This document shows, piece by piece, positions 54,276 to 64,000 of a stretch of DNA of 64,000 nt. The DNA comes from an uncultured Oscillospiraceae bacterium (GTDB lineage: Bacteria; Bacillota; Clostridia; Oscillospirales; Ruminococcaceae), in assembly GCA_910578255.1 (NCBI GenBank), contig CAJTQM010000001.1, positions 27,488-91,487 on the forward strand, in the 5' to 3' direction. Both the position numbers and the translations under genes were made by a program. The notes under the pieces are model-generated. The model did no database searches, was not told where the DNA came from, and worked only from the letters and a program-made list of their open reading frames with translations. Numbering within the stretch: the first letter of the stretch is position 1; each line of letters starts with the position of its first letter.

Positions 54276-56333
54276 GTGTCAGCAAATCTGGAAGAAAAAA
54301 TCAAGAAAGAAAATGAGCAGCTGGAAAAAAGTGAGAGCCTTTTGGAAAAAACCGTAAAAAAAGCGATGAATTTTGGCAGAAAGCCTAAGAACGTCCCGAA
54401 GAAGGCAGCCGGGGATGGCGAAAAAAAACAGGCTGAGCAGAAAAAGGAAGAGGTCAAGGGCGCGGCGAAGGAGTCGGCCAGAAAGAAAGGCCAGCCGGCC
54501 AAGCGCACCGGAGGCAAAAAGCCGTCTCAGGGGCAGACAGAGTCGGCGGCGGCAAAGCAGACCGCGGCCGCCAAAAGCCCCGCCAAGTCCCGCCAGGGGA
54601 CCGGAAAGGCCGCCTCCAAATCCCAGACCGGGACCCGGGGCAGAAAGGCCGCGCCCAAGAGCGAAAAAAAGCAGCCGGTGCGGATTATCTCGTTAGGCGG
54701 GCTGGGGGAAATCGGCAAAAACGTCACGGTTTACGAGTCGGGCAACGACATGTTTGTGGTGGACTGCGGCCTGGCTTTCCCGGAGGCGGATATGCCGGGG
54801 GTGGATCTGGTAATCCCGGACTTTACCTATCTTATAAAAAACAAGGATAAGCTGCGGGGGATAGTGATCACCCACGGCCACGAAGACCATATCGGGTCGC
54901 TGCCCTATCTTCTCAAAGAACTGAACGTGCCGCTGTACGGCACCCGCCTGACCCTGGGCCTTGTGGAGGGAAAGCTGCGGGAGCACGGGCTTTTGTCCCG
55001 AACCAAGCTGCATGTGATCTCTCCCGGCGACGTGGTGAAAATGGGCTGCATGTCGGTGGAGGCCATCCGGGTGAACCACTCGATTCCCGACGCGGTGGCC
55101 TTTGCCATCCACACGCCGGCGGGGGTCATCGTCCACACCGGGGACTTTAAAATCGACTACAACCCCATCGAGGGGGAGGTCATCGACCTGGGCCGTTTCG
55201 GCGAGTTGGGCAAGCAGGGGGTCCTGGCGCTTTTGCAGGATTCCACCAATGTGGAAAAGCCCGGCAGCACCCCCAGCGAAAGCAAGGTGGGAGAATCCTT
55301 TAACATGCTGTTCGCCAGAGGGGAAAACAAGCGAATTATTGTGGCCAGCTTTTCCTCCAACATCCACCGCATTCAGCAGATTGTGGATTTGTGCCACAAG
55401 CTGGGGCGCAAGGTGGCGGTATCCGGCCGCAGCATGATCAATGTGGTGACCAAGGCCATTGAATTGGGATATCTGCACGTGCCCAAGGGCCTTTTGATCG
55501 ACATCGACGACATTCGCCGGTATCCAGCCTCGAAAATTACGGTCATCACCACCGGCAGCCAGGGGGAGCCTATGTCCGCCCTGACGCGGATGGCGGGCGG
55601 CGACCACCGGCAGGTCCAGGTAACCGAGGACGACCTGATCATCATCTCGGCGACCCCCATCCCCGGCAATGAAAAGCTGGTGGGCCGGGTGGTCAATGAA
55701 CTGCTGAAGCTGGGCGCCGATGTGGTATACGAAAAAATGTACGAGGTGCATGTGTCCGGCCACGCCTGCCAGGATGAGTTAAAGCTGATGATGAACCTGG
55801 TGCGGCCCCAATTTTTTATCCCGGTGCATGGCGAGTATAAGCATCTTCGCAAACACGCGGATTTGGCTGTGGCCATGGGGATTCCGGCCAAAAATGTGCA
55901 CATAAGCGAAATCGGCGAGGTAATGGAGTTGGACGGCCAGTCCTTAAAGGTGGTAGGCTCGGTGCCCTCAGGCCAGGTACTGGTCGACGGGCTGGGCGTA
56001 GGCGATGTGGGCAGCATTGTGCTGCGGGACCGCAAGCATCTGGCGGAGGATGGGCTAATTATTCTGGTGGCGGCCATCGACGGGAACTCGGGCGCGCTGC
56101 TGTCCGGGCCGGATATCGTCTCCCGCGGGTTTGTGTATGTGCGGGAGGCGGAGGATTTGATGAACGAGACCCGCCGGATCGCCAAAAAGACCATCGAGGA
56201 ATGCCGGGCGGGCAACATCCGGGAATGGGGCACCATGAAAAACCGGCTGCGGGACGAAGTCGGCGGCTTTTTATTCCAGAAGACCCGCCGCTCTCCCATG
56301 ATTCTGCCGATCATCCAGGAAATCCGGCAATAA
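54276..56333 (+). CDS. rnj: Ribonuclease J with a ~130-aa Lys/Ala/Glu-rich N-terminal extension
   Basis: GTG start lies 8 nt after GGAGG. The core begins at IISLGGLGEIGKN and contains HGHEDHIG. The beta-CASP and C-terminal domains are present. Confidence 0.85.
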   Translation: MSANLEEKIKKENEQLEKSESLLEKTVKKAMNFGRKPKNVPKKAAGDGEKKQAEQKKEEVKGAAKESARKKGQPAKRTGGKKPSQGQTESAAAKQTAAAKSPAKSRQGTGKAASKSQTGTRGRKAAPKSEKKQPVRIISLGGLGEIGKNVTVYESGNDMFVVDCGLAFPEADMPGVDLVIPDFTYLIKNKDKLRGIVITHGHEDHIGSLPYLLKELNVPLYGTRLTLGLVEGKLREHGLLSRTKLHVISPGDVVKMGCMSVEAIRVNHSIPDAVAFAIHTPAGVIVHTGDFKIDYNPIEGEVIDLGRFGELGKQGVLALLQDSTNVEKPGSTPSESKVGESFNMLFARGENKRIIVASFSSNIHRIQQIVDLCHKLGRKVAVSGRSMINVVTKAIELGYLHVPKGLLIDIDDIRRYPASKITVITTGSQGEPMSALTRMAGGDHRQVQVTEDDLIIISATPIPGNEKLVGRVVNELLKLGADVVYEKMYEVHVSGHACQDELKLMMNLVRPQFFIPVHGEYKHLRKHADLAVAMGIPAKNVHISEIGEVMELDGQSLKVVGSVPSGQVLVDGLGVGDVGSIVLRDRKHLAEDGLIILVAAIDGNSGALLSGPDIVSRGFVYVREAEDLMNETRRIAKKTIEECRAGNIREWGTMKNRLRDEVGGFLFQKTRRSPMILPIIQEIRQ

Positions 56334-56347
56334 ACCGAAAAAACCAG

Positions 56348-56383
56348 GGCCGTCCGTGTATGCGGGCGGCCATCGGCGTTTTT
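56348..56383 (+). terminator. Terminator after rnj
   Basis: GGCCGTCCG ... CGGGCGGCC stem, with a T5 run a few nt downstream. Confidence 0.5.
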
Positions 56384-56420
56384 GGGCGAAAGGGGACGGG
56401 AGAAATCTTTTGCCGGATGG

Positions 56421-56450
56421 TTGAGATTCCCTATAAGGTTATGGTATAAT
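56421..56450 (+). promoter_or_regulatory. Promoter TTGAGA-18-TGgTATAAT whose -10 is the left end of repeat copy 3
   Basis: The extended -10 is perfect. It lies downstream of the rnj terminator and upstream of gdpP. Confidence 0.5.
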
Positions 56451-56516
56451 AACAACAAGATCGTTATTATACCCGGATTTTCATGGCCGCCCTATGGGCA
56501 TGGCCAATTATACCAT
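56441..56516 (+). repeat. Structured interspersed repeat, copy 3 of 4
   Basis: ATGGTATAATAACAACAAGATCGTTATTATACCCGGATTTTCATGGCCGCCCTATGGGCATGGCCAATTATACCAT. It differs from copy 1 at about 14 positions, several of them compensatory. Confidence 0.85.
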
Positions 56517-56612
56517 CTGACATACAAAATCCATACGGTCACTCTGTGCAGGATGACCGCGTGGAAAGACGACAGAATTTCCAGACGAAATTTTTGCAAA
56601 AGGAGAGGCGGT

Positions 56613-58601
56613 ATGGAGAAAAAATATTGGTGGCTCAGACCCGTTTTGGCGGCGCCATTGGCCCTTGGTGCTTTGTTGACCCTCTTATCCGCTTTTGTGA
56701 ATATCTACCTTTTTTATCTGGAGGCGCTGCTGTTAATCTGCGTGACCATGTACGTGCTGTTTAAGCTGCGGGGCTTTCAGCAGGATATGTACGCGTTTTT
56801 GTCCTATTTAAGCGACAATCTGACCCTGACCCGCCGGGAGAGTCTGGAAAACATCCCGTTCCCAATTCTTGTGGCGGACAAAAACGGGAAAATCGTCTGG
56901 TACAACCGCAGGTGCAAGGACGATGTATTGCAGGGCGAGGACCTGTTCGGCCTGCCGGTTTCGGATGTGGTGGCCGGGGCGGACCCGGCGGATCCGGCCC
57001 GGGTACAAGGCAGCGGAATCCGCTATAAAAACAAGCTGTACACGGTACATGTAAGCACGGTTGTGTCCGAAGAGGGCGCGCCGGTCAGCGTATATTTTTT
57101 AATCGACGACACCACCTTGAAAAAATACATGTTCGAATACAAGGAATCCCGTCCGTCGGTGGGCATTGTGGTGATTGACAACTATCAGGAGATCATGCAG
57201 GACGCCAAGGAGAGCGAGAAGGCCCAGACCATCGGCCAGCTGGAGACCATCATCGAAAACTATATGGCCCAGGGCAACTGCCTTTTGCGGCGGCTGGACC
57301 GGGACCGGTTTTTATTGGTGGCCGAGGAGCGGCAGCTGCGCAAGATGATTGAGCGGCGGTTCGACATCTTAGATCAGGTGCGGCAGGTATCCCTAAGCGA
57401 CAACGTGCCGTCGACCTTGTCCATCGGCATCGGTCAGGGGGCCGCCAGCTTGCAGGAGAGCGAGAAAATGGCCCGGCAAGCGCTGGAGATGGCGTTGGGC
57501 CGGGGCGGCGACCAGGTGGCGATCAAGTCCGGCAGCAGCTTCTCCTTTTACGGCGGCACCTCCAAGGGGGTGGAGAAACGGACCAAGGTCAAGACCCGAA
57601 TTATGGCTTCGGCGCTGGCGGAGTTAATCGGCACAGCGGAAAACGTGCTGATTATGGGACATCAGTTCGCCGATTTGGACTGTTTGGGCTCCGCCGTGGG
57701 CATGTACCGGGCGGTCCGGCAGATGGGCAAGCCGGCGTCGATTGTGTTAAACCGCCAGCGGAACCTGGCCTTCCCCTTATACAATCTGCTGGCCCAAAAC
57801 GGGTACGCCGAGGCGTTTGTGGAGCCGGAATCCGCAGTCGATCTGATCGGGAAGAAAACCCTTTTGATTGTGGTGGACACCCATCTGCCCCATATTCTGG
57901 AATCCCGGGAGGTGTACAACGCCTGTAAGACGGTGGTTGTCATCGACCATCACCGCAAGATGGTGGGACACATCGACAACGCGGTGATTTTTTACCACGA
58001 GCCTTACGCGTCCTCCGCGTCGGAGATGGTCACAGAACTGGTGCAGTATTTCGGCGACCATGTGAAAATCGGCAAGCTGGAGGCTGAGTCCCTTTTGTCC
58101 GGCATTATGCTGGACACCAAAAATTTTGTGATGAAAACCGGCGTGCGGACCTTTGAGGCGGCGGCCTATCTGCGCAAGCAGGGGGCGGACACGGTGGAAG
58201 TGCGGGGGCTGTTCTCCAACTCTATGGACGATTACCAGAAAAAGACCCGGCTGGTGTCTTCGGCGGAGGTTTACCGGGGCTGCGCCATTGCCGCCGGCGA
58301 ATACACCGAGGATATTAAGCTGATCGCGCCCCAGGCGGCGGATGAACTTTTGGGCATCAACGACGTGACCGCTTCGTTTGTTTTGTATGAGTATGACGGC
58401 GGGGTATCCTTCTCGGCCCGGAGCATGGGCGGCATGAACGTTCAGGTGATTATGGAGGCCTTAGGCGGTGGCGGACACATGACCATGGCCGGCGCCCAGA
58501 TGAAGGACGTGAACATGGAATCGGCCCGGCAGAAGCTGTTGGAGGCCATCGACCAGTATTTTGAGCAGCAGCCTAAAGAGAAAGTAAGACAAAAGCCCTG
58601 A
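56613..58601 (+). CDS. gdpP: GdpP-type DHH/DHHA1 cyclic-di-AMP phosphodiesterase
   Basis: ATG at 56613 follows AAAGGAGAGG. It has two N-terminal TM helices, PAS-like and degenerate GGDEF regions, DHH (VVIDHHR) and GGGH. Its position upstream of rplI-dnaB matches B. subtilis yybT. Confidence 0.88.
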   Translation: MEKKYWWLRPVLAAPLALGALLTLLSAFVNIYLFYLEALLLICVTMYVLFKLRGFQQDMYAFLSYLSDNLTLTRRESLENIPFPILVADKNGKIVWYNRRCKDDVLQGEDLFGLPVSDVVAGADPADPARVQGSGIRYKNKLYTVHVSTVVSEEGAPVSVYFLIDDTTLKKYMFEYKESRPSVGIVVIDNYQEIMQDAKESEKAQTIGQLETIIENYMAQGNCLLRRLDRDRFLLVAEERQLRKMIERRFDILDQVRQVSLSDNVPSTLSIGIGQGAASLQESEKMARQALEMALGRGGDQVAIKSGSSFSFYGGTSKGVEKRTKVKTRIMASALAELIGTAENVLIMGHQFADLDCLGSAVGMYRAVRQMGKPASIVLNRQRNLAFPLYNLLAQNGYAEAFVEPESAVDLIGKKTLLIVVDTHLPHILESREVYNACKTVVVIDHHRKMVGHIDNAVIFYHEPYASSASEMVTELVQYFGDHVKIGKLEAESLLSGIMLDTKNFVMKTGVRTFEAAAYLRKQGADTVEVRGLFSNSMDDYQKKTRLVSSAEVYRGCAIAAGEYTEDIKLIAPQAADELLGINDVTASFVLYEYDGGVSFSARSMGGMNVQVIMEALGGGGHMTMAGAQMKDVNMESARQKLLEAIDQYFEQQPKEKVRQKP

Positions 58602-58627
58602 AAGGGGCGTTTAGGAGGAGAAATGCA

Positions 58628-59074
58628 ATGAAGGTTATTTTGCAACAGGATGTGAAGGGATCTGGGAAAAAAGGACAGCTGATCCAGGTATCGGACGGGT
58701 ACGCCAGAAATTTTCTTTTGCCCAAGGGGCTGGCGATTGAGGCCACCGCTCAGGCGATGAACGATCTGAAGACCCGGGCGGCGGCGGCGCAGCACAAGGC
58801 CGACGTGGAAAAGGAAGCGGCGGTAGAGTTGGGCAAAAAGATTGAGGGGAAAACGGTGAAGCGCACCGCCAAGGCGGGCACCGGCGGCCGGCTGTTCGGC
58901 GCGGTGACCACCAAGGAAATCGCCGAGGACCTGCAAAAGCAGTTCGGCACCGCCATCGACAAAAAGAAAATCACGCTGGAAGGCGAGATCAAGGCCTTTG
59001 GTACCTACAAGGCAGAGGTACGCTTACATCCGGAGGTCAAGGCGAATTTTTACGTGACCATCAGCGAAGAATAG
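58628..59074 (+). CDS. rplI: 50S ribosomal protein L9
   Basis: [36 protein letters not shown] is the canonical L9 N-terminus. Confidence 0.95.
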   Translation: MKVILQQDVKGSGKKGQLIQVSDGYARNFLLPKGLAIEATAQAMNDLKTRAAAAQHKADVEKEAAVELGKKIEGKTVKRTAKAGTGGRLFGAVTTKEIAEDLQKQFGTAIDKKKITLEGEIKAFGTYKAEVRLHPEVKANFYVTISEE

Positions 59075-59081
59075 TCGAAGG

Positions 59082-59113
59082 GACGGCCGCTTAAAAGGGC
59101 GGCTGTCTTTTTC
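59082..59113 (+). terminator. Hairpin plus T-run between rplI and dnaB (terminator or attenuator)
   Basis: GACGGCCGC ... GCGGCTGTC stem followed by TTTTT. Confidence 0.6.
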
Positions 59114-59148
59114 ATCCCAACAAGAAAAAACAAAGGGAGGGACGCAAA

Positions 59149-60504
59149 ATGCCGCAGGACACGCTTTACACCGGGGAACAAAACGCCGCGCCGCCTTTTA
59201 GCATGGAGGCGGAACAGTCGGTGCTGGGGGCGGTGCTGGCCGATTCCTCCTGCCTTTCCACCGTGATGGAGTACATCCGGCCCGAATGCTTTTACGACAA
59301 GCGCCATCAGGGGATTTTTTCGGTGATGCTGCGCTTTTTCGGCGCGGGCCAGCCCATTGATTTTGTAACGGTGCTGGACGGGGTGATTTCCGAGGAGATT
59401 TTTCCCACGCAGGAAGACGCCAAGGTCTATTTGGCGCGTCTGGTGGAGGTAGTTCCCACCATCTCTAACGTGGAGGCTTACGCGCGGATCATTCAGGAAA
59501 AGCATTATCTTCGCAGCCTGATCGAAACGGCCCAGGGCATTATCGAGAACGCCAGGGATCCGCAAAACGAGGCCAAGAGTCTTTTGGATTCGGCGGAGCA
59601 GCGGATTTTCGAGATCCGGCAGGGGCGGGAAGGCCGGGGCCTGCAGCGGATTGACGAGATTATTATCGATACCTACGACCGGCTGCAAAAGCTTTCCAGC
59701 GCCGACCGGGAGCAGTATCTGGGCCTTCCCACCGGATTTACCATGCTGGACCAGATCACCACCGGTCTTAACAAAACTGATCTGATTTTTGTGGCGGCCC
59801 GGCCCGGTATGGGGAAAACCGCCTTCGCCTTAAATGTGGCCACCCATGTGGCCAAAAAGGGGAAGCGGGTGGCGATTTTTAATCTGGAGATGAGCAAGGA
59901 CCAGCTGGCGGGCCGCATCCTTTCGGGGGAAGCACGGATTCCGGGAAACGCTCTGCGCACCGGCAACCTTTCCGCCGAGGATTGGAACCGGCTGGCGGAG
60001 GCGGCGGGCTATCTTTCCAAAGCGGAAATTTACATCGACGACGCCACCGGCATCTCTCCTGGGGAGATTAAGGCGCGGCTGCGGCGGATGCGGGAGGTGG
60101 ATCTGGTGATCATCGACTATTTGCAGCTGATGACCACCGGCCGGCGGATTGACAACCGGGTACAGGAGGTTTCGGAAATGACCCGGTCGTTAAAGGTGAT
60201 GGCCAAGGAACTGCAGGTACCGGTGATGACCTTGTCTCAGCTGTCCCGCGGACCGGAAAGCCGCCGGGACAACCATCGGCCCATGCTGTCCGATCTGCGC
60301 GAGTCCGGCTCGATTGAGCAGGACGCCGACGCGGTCTGGTTTTTATACCGGGACGCTTACTACAACAAGGACTCGGACGAGCAGAACATCGCCGAATGTA
60401 TCGTGGCCAAAAACCGCCATGGGGAAACGGATACGGTAAAGCTTGCCTGGGACGGCGCCTATACCCGATTCGGCAATCTGGAGATGTACCGCAATGAGGG
60501 ATAA
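59149..60504 (+). CDS. dnaB: Replicative DNA helicase (DnaB family)
   Basis: PPFSMEAEQSVLGA, Walker A ARPGMGKTAF, DYLQLM and SQLSR are DnaB motifs. Confidence 0.95.
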   Translation: MPQDTLYTGEQNAAPPFSMEAEQSVLGAVLADSSCLSTVMEYIRPECFYDKRHQGIFSVMLRFFGAGQPIDFVTVLDGVISEEIFPTQEDAKVYLARLVEVVPTISNVEAYARIIQEKHYLRSLIETAQGIIENARDPQNEAKSLLDSAEQRIFEIRQGREGRGLQRIDEIIIDTYDRLQKLSSADREQYLGLPTGFTMLDQITTGLNKTDLIFVAARPGMGKTAFALNVATHVAKKGKRVAIFNLEMSKDQLAGRILSGEARIPGNALRTGNLSAEDWNRLAEAAGYLSKAEIYIDDATGISPGEIKARLRRMREVDLVIIDYLQLMTTGRRIDNRVQEVSEMTRSLKVMAKELQVPVMTLSQLSRGPESRRDNHRPMLSDLRESGSIEQDADAVWFLYRDAYYNKDSDEQNIAECIVAKNRHGETDTVKLAWDGAYTRFGNLEMYRNEG

Positions 60505-61843
60505 GGCGCTGCGGGCGCTGGAAGAATACAAAATGCTCCCGCCCGGCAGCCGGGTGACGGTAGCCGTCTCCGGCGGGGCGGATTCGGCGGCGCTTTTGCA
60601 TTTTTTATGCGGCCTGCGCCGGGAAAAGGACCTGACCGTTACGACCTGCCATGTCAACCATCTGCTGCGGGGAGAGGAAAGCCAGCGGGACGAGGATTTT
60701 GTCCGGGAACTGTGCCGGAAATGGCAGGTGCCTTTACAGGTGTTTCGGGAGGATGTGTCCGCCGGGGCGGCGGCCGCTGGGGAATCGGTGGAACTGTACG
60801 GCCGGCGGGTGCGGTACAGCCGGCTGGAGCAGGCGGCCCGGGGAGGGCGGATCGCCACCGCCCACACCTTAAGCGACCGGGCGGAGACCACCCTTTTGAA
60901 CCTTTTGCGGGGAACGGGGCTCAAGGGCCTTTGCTCCATCCCGCCGGTACAGGGGCGGGTGATCCGGCCGCTGATTTTTTGCACCCGGGAGGAGGTGGAG
61001 GACTACTGCCGGGAAAACCGGATCGGCTATGTGACCGATTCCAGCAATTTAAGCGACGCGTATACGCGAAACCGCGTCCGGCAGACGGTGATTCCCCCCC
61101 TGCGCGCGTTGCAGCCTGCTTTTTACACGGTCTATGGGCGGATGCTGGAAAATTTAGGCCAGGACGAGGATTTTTTGCAAAGCCAAGCGGACGAGGCGCT
61201 GGACCGGGCGACGGATCCGCCGGGACTTCAGGCGCAGGTTCTGGCCGGGCTGCATCCGGCGATTTTGTTTCGGGTGCTGCGGCGCTTTTTTGACCGGGAG
61301 GGTCTTCCCTGCGAGGAGACCGGCATAAAAGGGGTGCAGCGGCTTTTGCAGGCGAAAAGCGGGCAGTTTCAGCTAAAGAAGGACGTCTGGATCATTCTGC
61401 GCGGCGGGCGCCTTACGGTCCTGCAGGACCCGGGAAGGCTGGTTTTTGAGCCGCTGGCGGTAGAACCCGGCCCGCTGCCGCCCAATCCGCTGGCAAAGGG
61501 GCGCCTTCGGCTGGTCAATTATGAACAATTTACAAATTTACAGAAACTTGGGTGTAACATCTTAAAAAAAACGATTGACTATGATAAAATATACGGTAGA
61601 CTTTTCCTAAGGCAGAGAAAAGAAGGGGATTATCTGCGCTGCGCCCGGCGGGGCGTGGGAAAGCCGCTGCGAAAATGGTGGAATGAGCAGAAGATCCCTC
61701 CCCAGCGTCGGGATCGGATTCCGGTTCTGGCCGACGAACGCTCACCGGTCTGGGTTTGGGGACTGGGAGCGGACGAAAGGGTGTGTCCGACAGAGGTGAC
61801 CACCCGTTTTTTGGTGATTGACATTGAGGAGGATAACGCATGA
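60494..61843 (+). CDS. tilS: tRNA(Ile)-lysidine synthase
   Basis: The internal ATG at 60494 overlaps the end of dnaB. PP-loop VAVSGGADS is present. Position upstream of hpt-ftsH matches other Bacillota. Confidence 0.88.
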   Translation: MRDKALRALEEYKMLPPGSRVTVAVSGGADSAALLHFLCGLRREKDLTVTTCHVNHLLRGEESQRDEDFVRELCRKWQVPLQVFREDVSAGAAAAGESVELYGRRVRYSRLEQAARGGRIATAHTLSDRAETTLLNLLRGTGLKGLCSIPPVQGRVIRPLIFCTREEVEDYCRENRIGYVTDSSNLSDAYTRNRVRQTVIPPLRALQPAFYTVYGRMLENLGQDEDFLQSQADEALDRATDPPGLQAQVLAGLHPAILFRVLRRFFDREGLPCEETGIKGVQRLLQAKSGQFQLKKDVWIILRGGRLTVLQDPGRLVFEPLAVEPGPLPPNPLAKGRLRLVNYEQFTNLQKLGCNILKKTIDYDKIYGRLFLRQRKEGDYLRCARRGVGKPLRKWWNEQKIPPQRRDRIPVLADERSPVWVWGLGADERVCPTEVTTRFLVIDIEEDNA

Positions 61844-62379
61844 AGGAAGACATCCAGTCGGTTTTGTATTCAAAAGAGCAGCTGGCCCAAAAGGTCCGGC
61901 AGCTGGGACAGGAGATTTCGCGGGACTACGCGGGAAAAAATCCGCTTCTGGTCAGCGTGCTCAAGGGCTCGGTGGTTTTTATGAGCGATTTGATGCGCGC
62001 CATTGACATCCCCTGCCAGATTGATTTTATGATGGTTTCCAGTTATGGGTCCGGGGTAAAAACCTCCGGCGTGGTTAAAATAATGAAGGATCTGGATACC
62101 CCTCTGGAAGGACGCGACCTGATTATTGTAGAGGATATTCTCGACAGCGGGAAGACGCTTTACTATCTGAAGGGGATGCTCTCTGACCGGCAGCCCAAAA
62201 GTATTCGCATCGCCGCGCTGTTGGATAAGCCGGACCGCAGGGAAGCGCCTGTGTCGGCAGACTACTGCGGCTTTGTGGTGCCGGACCAGTTCATTGTAGG
62301 GTATGGGCTGGACTATGCGGAAAAGTACAGAAATTTGCCTTATATCGGCGTGTTAAAGCCGGAAATCTACAGCGAATAG
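61840..62379 (+). CDS. hpt: Hypoxanthine phosphoribosyltransferase
   Basis: PRPP loop [13 protein letters not shown] and the C-terminal GYGLDY...YRNLPYIG. Confidence 0.93.
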   Translation: MKEDIQSVLYSKEQLAQKVRQLGQEISRDYAGKNPLLVSVLKGSVVFMSDLMRAIDIPCQIDFMMVSSYGSGVKTSGVVKIMKDLDTPLEGRDLIIVEDILDSGKTLYYLKGMLSDRQPKSIRIAALLDKPDRREAPVSADYCGFVVPDQFIVGYGLDYAEKYRNLPYIGVLKPEIYSE

Positions 62380-62413
62380 CCCTTCTCGGCAAAAAGGACA
62401 AGGAGTGAAACGT

Positions 62414-64000
62414 TTGAACAGAAAACCGTCCAGAGGAATTGGCGTATATATTGTCATTTTGGCCATGCTGATGATGACGATCTATTTTGCCGTATCCATG
62501 ATGTCGGACCAGGAGCAGCCCAAGTATTACGAAATAATCTCCTATTTTGAAAAGGAGCAGGTGCAGGAATTCACCCTGAATGTCAGCAGCGGTGAGATGA
62601 GCATGCGCATTCAAAACGACGGCGGCCAGACGGCGATGATCAACTATCGGGTGGCCAGCGTAAACATGTTTTACGAGGACACCAAGGATCTGATCCAGGC
62701 TTATAACGAAAAGCATCCGGATGCGGTGATGAAAACCGATTTTATCCGGCCCAAAGACGCGCCCTGGTGGCTGAGTATGCTGCCGTATCTTCTGCTCATT
62801 GGCGCGATGGTGTTTTTGTGGTTTATGATGATGCGTCAGGCCGGCGGAGGCACCGGCAAGGCCATGAGTTTTGCCAAGGCCAAGGTGCGCACGGCGGAGG
62901 ACGGCAAAAAGACCACCTTTGCGGATGTGGCCGGCGCGGACGAGGAAAAGGCCGAGTTGGTGGAAATCGTGGAGTTTTTGAAAAATCCCAAAAAGTTTAA
63001 CGAGTTGGGCGCGCGCATCCCTAAGGGCGTGATGCTCATGGGCCCTCCCGGAACCGGTAAGACCCTGCTGGCCCGGGCGGTGGCGGGGGAAGCGGGCGTT
63101 CCCTTCTTCTCCATTTCCGGCTCGGATTTTGTGGAGATGTTCGTGGGCGTCGGCGCCTCCCGTGTGCGGGATCTGTTCGAACAGGCCAAGAAAAACGCCC
63201 CTTCCATTGTGTTTATCGACGAAATCGATGCGGTGGGCCGCCATCGGGGCGCCGGCCTTGGCGGCGGTCACGACGAGCGCGAGCAGACCTTAAACCAGCT
63301 GCTGGTAGAAATGGACGGGTTCGGCAACAATTCCGGGGTCATTATCCTGGCGGCCACCAACCGAATCGACATTCTGGACCCGGCGCTGCTGCGTCCCGGA
63401 CGGTTTGACCGGCAGATCGTGGTAGGGCGGCCGGATGTGGGCGGCCGTGAGGAGATCTTAAAGGTTCACACCCGCAATAAGCCCATTGGCCCGGATGTGG
63501 ATTTATCGGTGATTGCCAAAACAACGGTGGGCTTTACCGGCGCGGATCTGGAAAATTTGATGAACGAGGCGGCGCTTTTGGCTGCACGGCGCAACCGCAA
63601 GGCCATCACCATGCAGGAAATCGAGGAGGCGACCATCAAGGTCGTGGCGGGGCCGGAGAAAAAGTCCCACAAGGTGTCGGACAAAGACAAAAAACTCACC
63701 GCCTATCACGAGGCGGGGCACGCGGTCTGCACCTACTACTGTCCCACCCAGGACCCGGTACACATGGTCTCCATTATCCCCCGGGGCATGGCGGGCGGTT
63801 TTACCATGTCCTTGCCCATTGAGGACAGCGGATACGAGACCAAACGGCACATGAACGAAAATCTGGTGGTGCTTTTAGGCGGCCGGATGGCGGAAAAGCT
63901 GGTACTGGATGACATTTCCACCGGCGCTTCCAACGATCTGGAGCGCGCTTCCAAGATCGCCCGCAACATGGTCACCCGCTACGGCTTCAGCGAGAAGCTG
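62414..64000 (+). CDS. ftsH: ATP-dependent zinc metalloprotease FtsH (3' end outside the window)
   Basis: It is absent from the ORF track because no stop occurs before the window edge. TTG at 62414 lies 9 nt after AAGGAG. Walker [12 protein letters not shown], Walker [12 protein letters not shown] region [19 protein letters not shown] and zinc site HEAGHA are all in frame. Confidence 0.93.
   Translation, partial: MNRKPSRGIGVYIVILAMLMMTIYFAVSMMSDQEQPKYYEIISYFEKEQVQEFTLNVSSGEMSMRIQNDGGQTAMINYRVASVNMFYEDTKDLIQAYNEKHPDAVMKTDFIRPKDAPWWLSMLPYLLLIGAMVFLWFMMMRQAGGGTGKAMSFAKAKVRTAEDGKKTTFADVAGADEEKAELVEIVEFLKNPKKFNELGARIPKGVMLMGPPGTGKTLLARAVAGEAGVPFFSISGSDFVEMFVGVGASRVRDLFEQAKKNAPSIVFIDEIDAVGRHRGAGLGGGHDEREQTLNQLLVEMDGFGNNSGVIILAATNRIDILDPALLRPGRFDRQIVVGRPDVGGREEILKVHTRNKPIGPDVDLSVIAKTTVGFTGADLENLMNEAALLAARRNRKAITMQEIEEATIKVVAGPEKKSHKVSDKDKKLTAYHEAGHAVCTYYCPTQDPVHMVSIIPRGMAGGFTMSLPIEDSGYETKRHMNENLVVLLGGRMAEKLVLDDISTGASNDLERASKIARNMVTRYGFSEKL

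Noticed and set aside
53854-54357. 167-aa Lys/Arg-rich ORF upstream of and overlapping the rnj start
   Set aside because: It has no RBS before the ATG and is low-complexity basic sequence produced by a purine-rich leader. It overlaps the better-supported GTG start of rnj out of frame.

Overview
This looks like a high-GC Bacillota (Clostridia-type) chromosomal segment, judged from strong AGGAGG-type ribosome-binding sites (RBS) and Bacillus-like synteny. I call 64 protein genes. I found no rRNA, tRNA, CRISPR array, transposase or integrase. Housekeeping blocks are rnhA / nifS-nifU-mnmA, rnj, gdpP-rplI-dnaB-tilS-hpt-ftsH (ftsH runs off the 3' end), ychF, cinA, lepB, mrp and pepT. Transport and metabolism genes are a DUF1538/P-II-like pair, an NCS2 purine permease, an ECF S-component, aspA, feoA-feoA-feoB plus a Cys-rich peptide, an AEC transporter, a CDF transporter, sfsA with a class II aldolase, GDPD and iadA. 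Regulators are WYL, HxlR, MerR, XRE and an OmpR-type two-component pair next to an HtrA protease. There are also four GNAT acetyltransferases and several orphan lipoproteins. I do not see an obvious multi-gene defence or mobile system. The strongest unexplained signal is a structured ~75-nt interspersed repeat. It has four same-orientation copies, each upstream of a + strand gene, and substitutions between copies are compensatory. Secondary signals: two sharply AT-rich single-gene islets (a small YHGS-motif protein, and a secreted CHAP-like protein paralogous to its GC-rich neighbour); an 84-nt cyclophilin gene relic bracketing a lipoprotein gene; twin palindromic operators at an XRE gene; a sortase B fused to four Big_2 domains; and an RNase J with a long charged N-terminal extension and a ~0.5 kb leader. 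All functional calls rest on motif and family recognition from the translated ORFs. No database search was run.
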